Origin: Octopus vulgaris
Lineage: Eukaryota
NCBI GenBank assembly: GCA_951406725.2
Contig: OX597823.1
Location: 17,360,001-17,424,000 of the forward strand
DNA length: 64,000 nt
Direction: 5' to 3'
The notes under the pieces were generated by a model that searched no databases, had not been told where the DNA came from, and worked only from the letters and a program-made list of their open reading frames with translations. The translations under genes were made by a program, and so were the position numbers. Within the stretch, counting starts at the first letter, position 1. Each line of letters opens with the position of its first letter. This document shows positions 14,060 through 25,589 of the stretch, one piece after another.

Positions 14060-14410
14060 AGGCCTTACAATCTTCCCGTTCCGTGACGGTAGGCGCCTCA
14101 TCTGGGATATCACGTGCTGTGACATCTTACTCAGGGACAGCTTGGTGTGTTCAGCTACCATCTCAGGCTCCGCTGTTCGTCAGGGTGAGAAAAGCGAACT
14201 ATGAAAGTATCGGTCACTCTCTGACAGGTTTATGGCCAAGCTTGTGACAGAGGTGACCTCTGGCGTTCTTGGCACTCTCCTCCCTCGGACCATATCCTTG
14301 CGCACCACTATCGGAGCGAAGATGGCTATCAGCAAGAGTGGCTGTTCCAGTGCATCTCCCTCACCATCGTTCGGGACAACGCCTTTTCCATTTTGTCTGC
14401 TGGGACCATG
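14060..14410 (+). mobile_element. CRE-clade non-LTR retrotransposon RLE C-terminus relic
   Basis: GLTIFPFRDGRRLIWDITCCD...KYRSLSDRF...TSGVLG...EWLFQCISLTIVRDNAFSIL resembles the CRE pattern RPDGLT..WDAT..KY..ETSGVLG..QRISLAV.RGNA. Contains stops and frameshifts. Confidence 0.8.
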
Positions 14411-14594
14411 CGGTCCCGGCTTAGTACACATAGGCGTGCTCTTACACGAAACGTCGTAACATTAGTGCTGGCTCTTAAAAATCTCTCTCTCCCTCTCACT
14501 CACCCCCTCTCTCTCTCTCTATCTATCAATAATGCATATATATATATTTATATATATATATATACACCATAAATAGTATATCTGTACAAAATGA

Positions 14595-15007
14595 ATAAAA
14601 TAAGGGCAAAAGAAAAAAATTCTAATGCCAAATAGTCGGATATATTTGGAGTACTTAGGTCTGCTCATGACTTAGTGCTTGCTTTTTCCATGGGTATGAG
14701 TAAGTATTTCATTTATGCCTTACGTGTTTATCGCTGAGGAGGAGAAAATTATTATGAATTAACTCTGAAATTGGGACCAATACGGTAATAACGGAATTTT
14801 TTAAAAATTTCTATTTGCTTCTTTTGAGACACGTGTTAATAGTGATAAATTATAATTGGTTATTGACAATTTGTCTATTTTCGGCATATTTCGCATTAGA
14901 ATTTTTTTCTTTTGCCCTTATTTTATAAGTTATTTATAAATTTAACCTTTTAAAGGTATTTTTTTATATGCTGGCCATTGATAACATTTTTTTTGAAAAA
15001 TTTTATC

Positions 15008-15012
<5 letters not shown>
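14595..15012. mobile_element. fold-back element in (TA)n carrying a hammerhead; homologous to 36770-37055
   Basis: Perfect 34-bp inverted arms 14595-14628 and 14893-14926, TA tracts on both sides. Confidence 0.75.
14728..14788 (+). ncRNA. type I hammerhead ribozyme motif, canonical core
   Basis: Stem I TTATCG/CGGTAA; CTGAGGA 14734-14740; stem II GGAG...CTCT; GAAA 14767-14770; stem III TTGG-GA-CCAA; AUA cleavage triplet (cut after 14782). Confidence 0.8.
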
Positions 15013-15062
<50 letters not shown>

Positions 15063-15069
<7 letters not shown>

Positions 15070-15228
15070 TTCGAGACAAAACCACTATTTTGCAAAACAA
15101 ACAAGGAAAGACTTAATCAATACATAAAATTTTAATAGAAAGTATTTACTTTCTATTAAAATTTTATGTATTGATTAAGTCTTTCCTTGTTTGTTTTGCA
15201 AAATAGTGGTTTTGCCTCGAATTAATAT
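15063..15228. mobile_element. near-perfect hairpin element in (TA)n
   Basis: ~82-bp inverted arms with one mismatch and a 2-nt loop at 15145-15146. Confidence 0.75.
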
Positions 15229-15341
15229 TATATAATATTTTACTATAAAATTGGATTTAATCCTAAATCTGATTTTTTCCCTGTAAATTTGGATTTATTC
15301 CCTAATATTTATTATTATTATATATATATATATATATATAT

Positions 15342-15474
15342 TTGCTAACCAACCACATGGTTCCAGGTTCAGTCCCACTGCGTGGCATCTTGGGCAAGTG
15401 TCTTCTGCTATAGCCCCGGGCCGACCAATGCCTTGTGAGTGGATTTGGTAGACTGAAACTGAAAGAAGCCTGTC

Positions 15475-15544
<70 letters not shown>

Positions 15545-15745
15545 TTGTGTTTGTCCCCCTAGCATTGCTTGACAACCGATGCTGGTGTGTTTACGTCCCC
15601 GTCACTTAGCGGTTCGGCAAAAGAGACCGATGAATAAGTACTGGGCTTACAAAGAATAAGTCCGGGGTTGATTTGCTCGACTAAAGGCGGTGCTCCAGCA
15701 TGGCCGCAGTCAAATGACTGAAACAAGTAAAAGAGTAAAAGAGAG
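15342..15745 (+). mobile_element. SINE family B (5'-truncated)
   Basis: Family B core and tail. Confidence 0.9.
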
Positions 15746-15748
15746 AGT

Positions 15749-15813
<65 letters not shown>

Positions 15814-16244
15814 GACGGACAGTTCCCCACTCCCAAATATTTGACCTCTCCCTTCACTTTTCTTATTTACTGACCATTTTATTTCTTCAAACATTTGTTT
15901 TTTTTTGTTCTTTTTTTTTACTCTGTTCTTCAGGCTTCACCACTCATTTCAAATCAGCTTATAATCTGTGTGCAGCCGCCAGAAAATGTGGATACTTAAT
16001 GCTAACTCAATCAGCTGAGTTAAATTCATGAAATCTAGATGCCGTAATATGTTCTGTCTAATGCATTGGTATTCAAGAAATCCAGTCTGTACCTGCCAGG
16101 CAGTTAGAAATGTCTCTGCTCTAGTTTGCGATGCTTTTGCACACCCCAATTCTATGGGCCGCTTCCACATAATTCTAGCATGTGTGTAAGGAATTATCCC
16201 ACGAGGCCACTAACACTAATGAACGACGTGTGCTGCTGTTGCTG

Positions 16245-16302
<58 letters not shown>

Positions 16303-16438
16303 GCTACTGTTGTCGCTGTTGCTGCTGTTGCCGTCTGCCCGACTTAATGCGTCTGTTTTGATCATTTTCTTCAGATGGTAAACATAATTAATTTCCATAG
16401 ACATCTGGATGTCAAATGGAAGTGAAGAAGGTATGTAG

Positions 16439-16481
<43 letters not shown>

Positions 16482-16741
16482 CACGAGTGTAAATCGTTCA
16501 TATGAATGTCATACGTTGTATCCACACACACATTGGAACATGCACATGCTGACATAGAATCAGTACGTGTGCTCTCGCGTGTGTATATGTATGTGTATAC
16601 ATATGCAAAAACACACAGGTGCATAGAATATATACACATGCACACATACCGACTGGCATTAAAAAACATCTGTGAACTGGCACTGAGAAAGACGCGTTTT
16701 CTGTGTGAGTGTATATTTGTGTGCATACGTATATATATACC

Positions 16742-16817
<76 letters not shown>

Positions 16818-17201
16818 AACATATATTCATAATTACATATGTGTAAACATATGTAGACACCCATACCACGCCTCCAAAGACATTTTTCTCATTACGTGTG
16901 TTATTTTAATTGATTATAAATTCTTTTTAACTCTTTAGATTATGTCAACACGAACTTAACTATTTGTGCTGAATGCAGAAATCACTCCTGGGAAGTTTTC
17001 CAGCACTATCATTTCCAATTGCCTAATCAGTAAAGTCATTGTATATTTTATTAAGTCCAAATCAGGTTACACTTCGCTAACGAGCTCTAATAACACCGGC
17101 ACATGTCTGATGTTGCCTACCTACCTGCTTAAGATCAGACTCACTCCCCTCCTGAACGTGTCCGGTGAAATGGCAGAGCGTCGGATAGAATGTCTGAAAG
17201 T

Positions 17202-17253
<52 letters not shown>

Positions 17254-18098
17254 ATATTTGGGGGGGGGGGGGTAATGATGAACAAAGAAAACTGACGATA
17301 TCGATGACGATGATCACAACAATACTGGCGATGATGATAATACTGATGGCGATTGTGATGACGAGAACGACAATGAACATGACGATCATGACGATCACGA
17401 TAATAGTAATAAGGATGAAGATGACAATGATGGTGATGATGATGAGGACAAATACGACAGAAACAACTGTAATGACAACAATGGCAGTGGCGGAAACGAG
17501 GACGATGACCGTAATATTGCTCTCTGAGTTCAAACCCCTCCAAGGTCAACTTTGCATTTCATCTATTATGGGACACTGAAAAAAAGTACCAATCTAGTGG
17601 TGGACTGGTCGAAGTGTAAGAATATCGAATGCCTTGCGGTATTTGTTCTGGATTTTAGCATTCTGAGTTCAAATCCCGCTATGACTCTACATGAATGATA
17701 GCCTTGATGTGTCGCTCGGTTTAACAGCACCGCCTGATATCTTGGAGGCCTTTAGCAGAGTTCACTCTGTCGCGAGCATTCGAATCTGCAGATCTTCAGT
17801 TTGCTGCTACCCTCTGTCCTCTCTTCTACCAATTTTGGGGGCATTGTAAAGAGTCATGGGTTTTGTTTTATCTCCTAACTAAAAGATAGGAAAGAAAAAA
17901 AAACATGCCCGAATTCACTCACGAAGCTTGGGTTGCCTCCACAATATAGTGACAGAAGACACTCGCCCAAGATGTCACTCGATGGAATCAAACCTGGATC
18001 ACATGATTGCAAAGCAAATTCTGAATTCCTTGGATATGGGATATGCCTACCAATACTCACATATAGTTAAATTAAATCACATGTTATATATATATACA

Positions 18099-18159
<61 letters not shown>

Positions 18160-18397
18160 GCACACATACAAACACACACACACAAATACATATGAATAAA
18201 CAGACACGTATATACACATATACACGTGTGTATCCAACTGAATAAAAATAAACGCTAATTGAAGAAGTAGAATACACACAGCTAAATTTTAGACCCACTT
18301 GAAATACATAGGCCAAAATAAGTTTAAGATAAAACTTATGATGAGAGTTCTATTCCTTCATTATTATATTTTTAACAAAACTTGTATAAAATTATTT

Positions 18398-18808
18398 GTA
18401 TCTTTTCAGTTTGAACGGCAGTTTTTAACATAATTTCTAGATAACTAAAAAATTTTAAACTTCGTATACTGGTAGAATGTGTTTATAAAACATCTTTTTC
18501 TCTTGGCTTTATTGAGAAAATTCTATAGTTTGTAAGATATTTGTTTTTTTCTTCAATTTCTGCAATTTCAACCAATCAATGACCTCTATTGAGTTAAAAA
18601 GCATTCTGTGCCGTATGAATATGTCCCTCGTTTAAGAAACAGATTGGGTTTATTTACATTTGTGAAGAATAAAGATACTCTTCCCCCACCCCTAATCCTA
18701 ACGCTAAAAGTGATTGAAATGCAATAGATCGATACTAGGGTAATAATTATGGGTGACAATTTCATATGGTACCGCTAGAAAAAACTGCCGTTCAAACCGA
18801 AAAGATCC
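18398..18808 (+). mobile_element. MITE family M copy 2
   Basis: Same TIRs and body as 12395. TSD AATTATTT at 18390-18397 and 18809-18816. Confidence 0.92.
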
Positions 18809-19055
18809 AATTATTTTACTTTTTACAATATATGTATAATTTTTTTCTCTTTCGAATGATATAGGCGTTATATATCTTTCTACAGTTCGAATAATTTTAA
18901 TGCGCAATTAATTCAAATGATTAGAAATTGTCGGTAAAATAAGTTTAAGACCGTTCCAAGATTGTGCAAATTAATCAACCAAATGGGTGGTCATATGGGT
19001 GGTCGTACTGCACTGTTTTGTTTAATAATCGAGTATTGTTACACATCAGTTCGCT

Positions 19056-19270
19056 ATGGGAAAGCGTCGTAGTATCAGCCCAGTTACTAGATCAAACATC
19101 ATGTTGCTTTATCTGCAAAATGTGTTCTTCATGAACATTAGCAAGCAGTTAGTGTTTGTGTTCAAGTATGGAAGTTTTACAAAGCCACTGGCCAATAGAA
19201 AGATCGGCAAAGAATGGGCGCTCCGAGAAAACTGTACAGAGAGATCGACGAATTCATAGGCTCTCTGAAG
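19056..19270 (+). mobile_element. Tc1-like transposase N-terminal relic
   Basis: MGKRRSISPVTRSNIMLL...ISKQL, then in a shifted frame KFYKATGQ*KDRQRMGAPRKL, resembling the paired-like HTH and GRPR linker. Confidence 0.6.
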
Positions 19271-19944
19271 GTAACCGAATGCTAACAGTAGTATATGTGC
19301 AACAAAAATCCCTCAGCTAGAAACCCCTAAACTACTGTCACTCTCACCAGAATTAGAATCTCAATAAAGAACAATCACGCAATATCAATATATGGTATAT
19401 TACATACGAAACCGCCATGTACCCAAAACTCCTAAACAATTTTAACCTTCCGAAAACTAGAATTTTAATGAAGGACTACTTAGAACCATGACAACACAAG
19501 ATACAAAAGGTCCACAGTCAACAAGTACATCACATATATACACCTATCATCAGCTGCGTAACGGGTATCATTATAGTTTCGACACCTGGGCAGTACTACT
19601 CAATTCATCAGTGTCAACAGCGTTAAAGACATAAACGCTGCCTGAAAGTTAATAAACAAGAAACAGGAGCGAAATAGTAGTGCAATGATGCCCTTTACAT
19701 TTACACAAGCTTATAGCTACAAATACAAATGTCAAATCTGAAGCATAAATCGTTACATGCTTATAGCTAAGAAGCGTAGAAATTAAAAATAAATATATAC
19801 ATGTATGCGCTTATAATGAACTGAAAGGAGGGCTCAATATCAAAAATGTGAATAATAAGTCTTCCATGTAAATTGCATTAAAGAAAGTGTGTGTTGTATG
19901 TGTAACGAGAGAGAGGATCTAAGCTTCGCTGTTAAGAATTTGAT

Positions 19945-20160
19945 AATAGTTTCAAATTTTGACCCTAGGCCAGCAAATTTTAGGGAAGAGGTAAGTCAGT
20001 TACATCGGTCCCAGTGTTCAACTGGTACTTATTTTATTAACCCGGAAAGGATGAAAGGCAAAGTTGACCACGGTGGAATGTGAACTCGGGGCGTCAAGGC
20101 AGACGAAATGTTACTGAGCATTTTGTCCGTCGTGCTAACGATTCTGCCACCTCACCATCT
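19945..20160 (-). mobile_element. older SINE family A copy
   Basis: Diverged core GAAAGGATGAAAGGCAAAGTTGACC. Confidence 0.75.
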
Positions 20161-21069
20161 TTATTGATAATTTTTATAATACGACTGAAACACGCCCAGA
20201 CTTGTCACTGTCCTGCTAAATATCAGACTCACTCCCCACTACATTCCATAGTCAATCTTAATGAATTAATTTGGTTTGTTGTCTTTCTCGACCATAATTA
20301 CTCATTTAGATAATGATTCTTCTCAACATCAAAGGTGTTATTTCAATTAATTATAATTGATTGGCCCATTACATCCATATCTACTAGCGCCTACTTTACT
20401 ATTAAGCTTTCATGCAACAGACGTCCCTATGTGTTTATTTTACTATTTCTCCGTGTCTGTCTGTCTGTCTGTCTGTTTTTCTCTCTCTCTCTCTCTCTGT
20501 CACCCACCTCTCTCATACATTCACATACATATAAACAATGAGAGAGAAGGAAGTGATCCCAAAGCTCCTTTAGCAGCACCATGAACTGGCTAACAACCGA
20601 ATTGAATTGAACTCCTTAGCATACGTCCCATACCCTTTATCTTCATTCCTCCCTTACATCTCACACCTTCTCACTACACGCGTCATACACCTCCACCTCT
20701 CACTGAACTCATTATCCACCTCGATCCCATTAATTGCGATGACTTAAGGATTCCAGGATAGTTGTTCTACTGCTACGTTATTCATTACAGCCAGTCGCAA
20801 GGCCACACAGGGCAAATGGATTAGGTAAACTCTGGCTGTTAAACTAGACTACCATTATATTGCATCGCTTTTAGAGCAATGTAGTTTCTTTCATTTTCGG
20901 GTCTTTCATTAGTTTCAGTTGTTGGACTGTAGCCATGTTAGGGTACAGCTTTGAAGGCTTTAGTCGAACAATTTGACCCGGGACTTACTTTTAGGGTCTG
21001 ATACTAATTCTATCGATCCCTTTTGGCGAATCAGTAGCTTATGGGGGCATGAACAAACCAAACACACAC

Positions 21070-21134
<65 letters not shown>

Positions 21135-21138
21135 TAAA

Positions 21139-21415
21139 ATACAAAATGGGACAAGAACACAAAAAAAAGGAGAGTTAGGTGATACAAAAAGGGACAACAA
21201 AACATCCAGATAGACGATACAAAAAAACAAGGACAGGTCATTCGAAGCTTTCTATCCTCAGTCAAGAACTAGATCGTCTTCGCAATTTCGGCGAGGATAG
21301 AAAGCTTCGAATGACCCGTCCTTATTTTTTTTGTATCGTCTATCTTGATGTTTTGTTGACCCTTTTTGTATCACCTAGTTGTCCGGATGTTTTGCGTTCT
21401 TGTCCCATTTTGTAT
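21139..21415. mobile_element. fold-back element in (TA)n
   Basis: Imperfect inverted arms 21139-21259 and 21293-21415, TA tracts on both sides. Confidence 0.75.
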
Positions 21416-21451
21416 ATATATATATATATATATCGGCGTGCGTACACTTTG

Positions 21452-21504
<53 letters not shown>

Positions 21505-21505
<1 letters not shown>

Positions 21506-21708
21506 GAAGGGTGCTGAAAAATTCTTGGCTTTAAGGGTATCGCGAAAAGGTCTGGTTGAAGGCCCAACCTTCTGTATTCTTTTACAGGGCTTACAAAAAC
21601 AGAAGGACCGCTGCAATAAGTGTGTGGATCTGAGAATAAAATCATAATTAACTGATCCTCCTGTATTTTCTTTTACCCCAAAATCATAAATTTTTCAGTA
21701 CGCCCTCG
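21505..21708 (+). mobile_element. mariner-derived MITE
   Basis: TA|CGAAGGGTGCTGAAAA...TTTTCAGTACGCCCTCG|TA. Internal DRCNKCVDLR resembles the mariner C-terminal RW.KCV..G.YVE. Confidence 0.75.
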
Positions 21709-22199
21709 TATATATATATATTTGACAAATTTCCGCATAGATTCCGTCTGCAAATGCGTTACCGCTCAACGGGACTGAACTCAAAACCACTTGGTTGGAA
21801 AGCGAGCTTCTTAATCACTGAGCCACCAAAAGATACTCAACAAAGTAGCAAAGTTAATATTAAAGCTATGTAAAATAAAGATTGTTGAAAAGCAAAAGTG
21901 AGAATAATTAGGCTAATGAACTATTGGGCACACGGTTATTTGACCATGGGTTCGATCGTGGGATCGTGGGATGGGTCTTGGCAAATGAAAACTAGTACCA
22001 GTCCAGTGCTAGAGCCACTGTGTCTCTTTCCAAATGTCTCATTCTTGATGTTTTACTCGGTGAAGGTGCGTTGAGGACCCAAAGGGTACCTGTATCTACT
22101 TGTGACGTCATAAGTACTTAATTTGTGAAAACACAGTGTTTGCCACCAAATCAAACTCGCTCGCGAGTGGTAGGAATGGTTCAAAAAATATTCTTTTAT

Positions 22200-22389
22200 C
22201 TTTTTTTTTTCAGTTATTGGACTATGGTCATGCTGGAGCACCGCTTTCTAAAGGTTTAGTCAAACAAATCAAGCTCCAGTATTTATTTTCTAAGTCTGGC
22301 ACTTATACCTATATCGGCGCCTTTTGTCGAATTGCTAAGATACGTGGACATAAATGAACCAGCACAGGTTGTCAAGTGGTGAGAGAGGA

Positions 22390-22454
<65 letters not shown>

Positions 22455-22590
22455 GTCGGACTTCTGCATAATTTCCATGTACCAAATTCACTCAGAAGAC
22501 ACTTGCCCAAGGTACGGCGCAGTGGAATCGAACCCGATACCACGTTATTTCAAAGCGAGCTTTTTAACCGCACAGCTATGCCTGCGCCAT
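22200..22590 (-). mobile_element. diverged SINE family B
   Basis: CATGCTGGAGCACCGC tail and GACACTTGCCCAAGG core. Confidence 0.75.
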
Positions 22591-23772
22591 TAAGAAATTA
22601 TCCTCTAAGTGCTAAATAGTAGTTCTGAATGACCCTGCACCCATGCACTTTCGTACATGTGCGGCGGACATAGAGACCGACCCAGACACTTACAATGTGC
22701 GCACTCTTATATACACATACACACACACAAACATATACCAACTGAGACGAACACACACAGACTGACATGCATATAAATACAGAGATTAAGATATACACCC
22801 CCAACATACACATACTCTCTCATTCCTATAAAAAAGCAGTAGATAAACAATTGAGGATTTCGTTAATTAGATGACTTGTACTCAACAACCCCCAGCAACT
22901 CCCATCCTGTCTATTCTAAGTATCTGTATATCTACATATCTGTTTGGTTCTGTCCCTCTCTCTTATCTCTGCACTTTCGTTTGCCTATGTTTTGGCGTCG
23001 AGCCAACAAGGGAGTATCTACGTTGTCAATGAATCTCCCAGAAATAGCAGCCAAATCTTTCTCATATTATACCACACTATTTTAGAAAGGTGAAAGGACT
23101 CAGGAAAGTTTGTTGCCCGAGATAGTTCTAAAAAGACTGGAAGTTCATGACGTAGCAAAGTGTCGACAGTTGGTCATCAGAAATAGCAGGTCGCAGTTTA
23201 GTTTGGAACTCTAATGATCTAAGTTCAAATCCTATTAGATAAGACTTTGCCTTTAGCTCTTCTGTGTTGATATAAATAGATTATTGCTATATGCTTATAC
23301 TATTACCTCATAAATCTGTAGTTTCGTGTCAACGACCGATAGCTTCCATTTCCTATTGGATGACGAGTTTGCAGAGTTGTTAAAGCGTTGGATGACGTAC
23401 TGTGTAATCTCTCCTCTAGCTCTGACTTGAAATATTGTTATGGTTAACTCTGTTTTTCAGTCTTTCGAGGTGAATAAGTACCAGTCTAGGGCAGTAGAAT
23501 TGGAGAATTATCAGGGCGTCGAATGCGATAGCATATGATATTTGATTTAGCTCTCTACATTATGTGTTCAAATCTCGCCGTGGACCACTTGGGCGGTAGA
23601 CATAATCCGGTTTAACACCACTACCTGGTACCTTGGATATTGTTAGTGTATACCACTTTAATGAAAGCATTCAAATTCGCCCTTCTCTAAGCAAGACAAA
23701 AAATAATAGTTAAGTACATAACTTTCTACATTTTAGAAATACGTCAGTGAAAGGTGGAAAGGCAGCGACACA

Positions 23773-23980
23773 AAGGCGGCGAGCTGGTTGAATCGTTGGC
23801 ACGATAGGCAAAATGCTTAGCGGCATTTCGTCCGTCTTTACGTTCTGATTTTAGGACGTTGCCTTTCATCTTTTCGTGGTCGATAAAATAAGTATCAGTT
23901 GAGCACTGGGGTCGATGTAATCGACTTATACCTCCCCGCAAATTTCTAGCCTTGTGCCAAAATTTGAAACCAATATTTTT
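23773..23980 (+). mobile_element. older SINE family A copy
   Basis: GGCGGCGAGCTGG head, core and AAATTT...CCTTGTGCC tail. Confidence 0.75.
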
Positions 23981-24937
23981 GCCGCACATAGATATAAAAT
24001 GGAGGTGAGTGGAACGTCATTCTGACATGCGTAGGTAAGTGGTACTGGAGAAGTGTTGTGACTTACGTAGTTCGGTGATATTGGAAGAGTGTTGTGATGT
24101 TCACAGATTGGCAGTGTGAAATAAACCTATCAATTCCTGTGGCTTGTTGCAGGTAGATTTATTTATTTAGCTGCATATTGTAGTTTTCATCTGAAACCAG
24201 GGAGTTGACAGCATCGATAACAATAAGTAGTTTAAACTGTTTATGGCGTATAGTTTTGTAGCTTCTAAATTCAAAACCTGTTAAAGATAAGCTTCACCTT
24301 TTACTCATTCAGGACGGATTCCTACCATTCATTTACCCCTCCCCGGGGAAAATGAATGGGAGGAATTCATCTAAAAGATATCAGAAGTAGTAGAAAACCG
24401 CACTGATTGCTTCTCGTTGTAGTATTTAAATCAGGTCTTCTGAGTTTAGAGTCTACTTCGGTGTTTTGTTTGCGGAGTCAATTTAACTGTTCCCCGTCTT
24501 GGGAAAAGATAAAATAAGTACCAGTAATATACTGTATTCGGTCCACCATGCTGTACACCATCCTCTTCCTAGTTCGAAATATTTTTTTATAGTAGCAGAT
24601 GTTTTAATATTTAAATTTAAATATCAATTAAATAAAGAATGTCCACATTAATATTGTTTATAAATTCTCTGAAGCTAAAACTGAAAAATAGAGATACATG
24701 ATATTTTCTAATCTCTTTTAAAAATAAAACCGATTAAATAGCTAATTAGTTGTTACACTAGTCTACAAATTAATGAGAAAAATGTGTTAAATTCTATTTC
24801 CAAAACTGCTTTTCCATTTTGAGATATGTTTTAAAAAGCTGTTATGTGGAATGAATATAAGATTAGTTTTTGGTTTCGATGGAAAATTTGGAAAACAAAA
24901 TACCGTTAGCAGAAGACTACAAATATTAGGGTACAGT

Positions 24938-25200
24938 CAATTGAAACGGCTCCTTAAAAAGGAATAACATGTTTGATAATATGATTCTACTAATACTATA
25001 TTTAAAATATGTGAAGGACGCATTTTATCATAAGTCCGTCGATAAAGATAATTTGCTTAACGACCTCAATTGAAACAACTCCTTAAAAAGGAATAACATA
25101 TTTAATAATCAAATTCTATATACACTATATTTAAAATATGATGTGATGGACGCATTTTATCATAAGTCCGTAGATAAAGGTCATTTGCTTAATGACCTCA
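24938..25200 (+). repeat. tandem duplication, ~130-bp period
   Basis: CAATTGAAAC..CTCCTTAAAAAGGAATAACAT...GACCTC at 24938 and 25067. Confidence 0.9.
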
Positions 25201-25264
25201 GGTCATTAGACTGCTGAATTCTACAAGTTTTTTTTTTTCTCTCTCTGTTTATTTTCTCTTATTC

Positions 25265-25300
25265 CTTTCTGTTGAAGAGCGTAGGCTCGAAACGTAAAAG
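25265..25300 (+). ncRNA. minimal hammerhead motif, A6U variant (Penelope-type)
   Basis: CTTT-CTGTTGA-A-GAGC-gtag-GCTC-GAAA-CG-TA-AAAG: 4-bp stem I, 4-bp stem II, palindromic ACGT stem III, GUA triplet. Confidence 0.65.
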
Positions 25301-25589
25301 ACTCTCTCTGACGGCCAAAAGGGAGAAAAGAATGCCAAAAAGAAACAATAAGCTCAAATTAAACATAAGGCGTACAGAGAGATCATTCGGACACTCAAGA
25401 ATACAAAGACATTCGTATCACAAACGAATTCCAGATGGATCTGCCGAACGACCTGGAGGGAGACTATGCAAACAATGTGCAGATTAGGTTGATAGGACAA
25501 GAGCGGAAGGCGGTGAGATGGTCTGATTCAAGCTAGAAAGTGATTTCTCACCCTTGTGTGAGTCGGTGGCCCTTATATGTTGTATTTGA

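Noticed and set aside
17190-17579. His-, Met- or Thr-rich ORFs (also 32776-33132, 43211-43405, 47545-47830)
   Set aside because: They are degenerate GAT/GGT trinucleotide tracts with no splice or domain support.
19570-19620. Minus-strand CTGATGA...GAAA
   Set aside because: Stem II does not close next to GAAA, and there is no stem III/NUH geometry.
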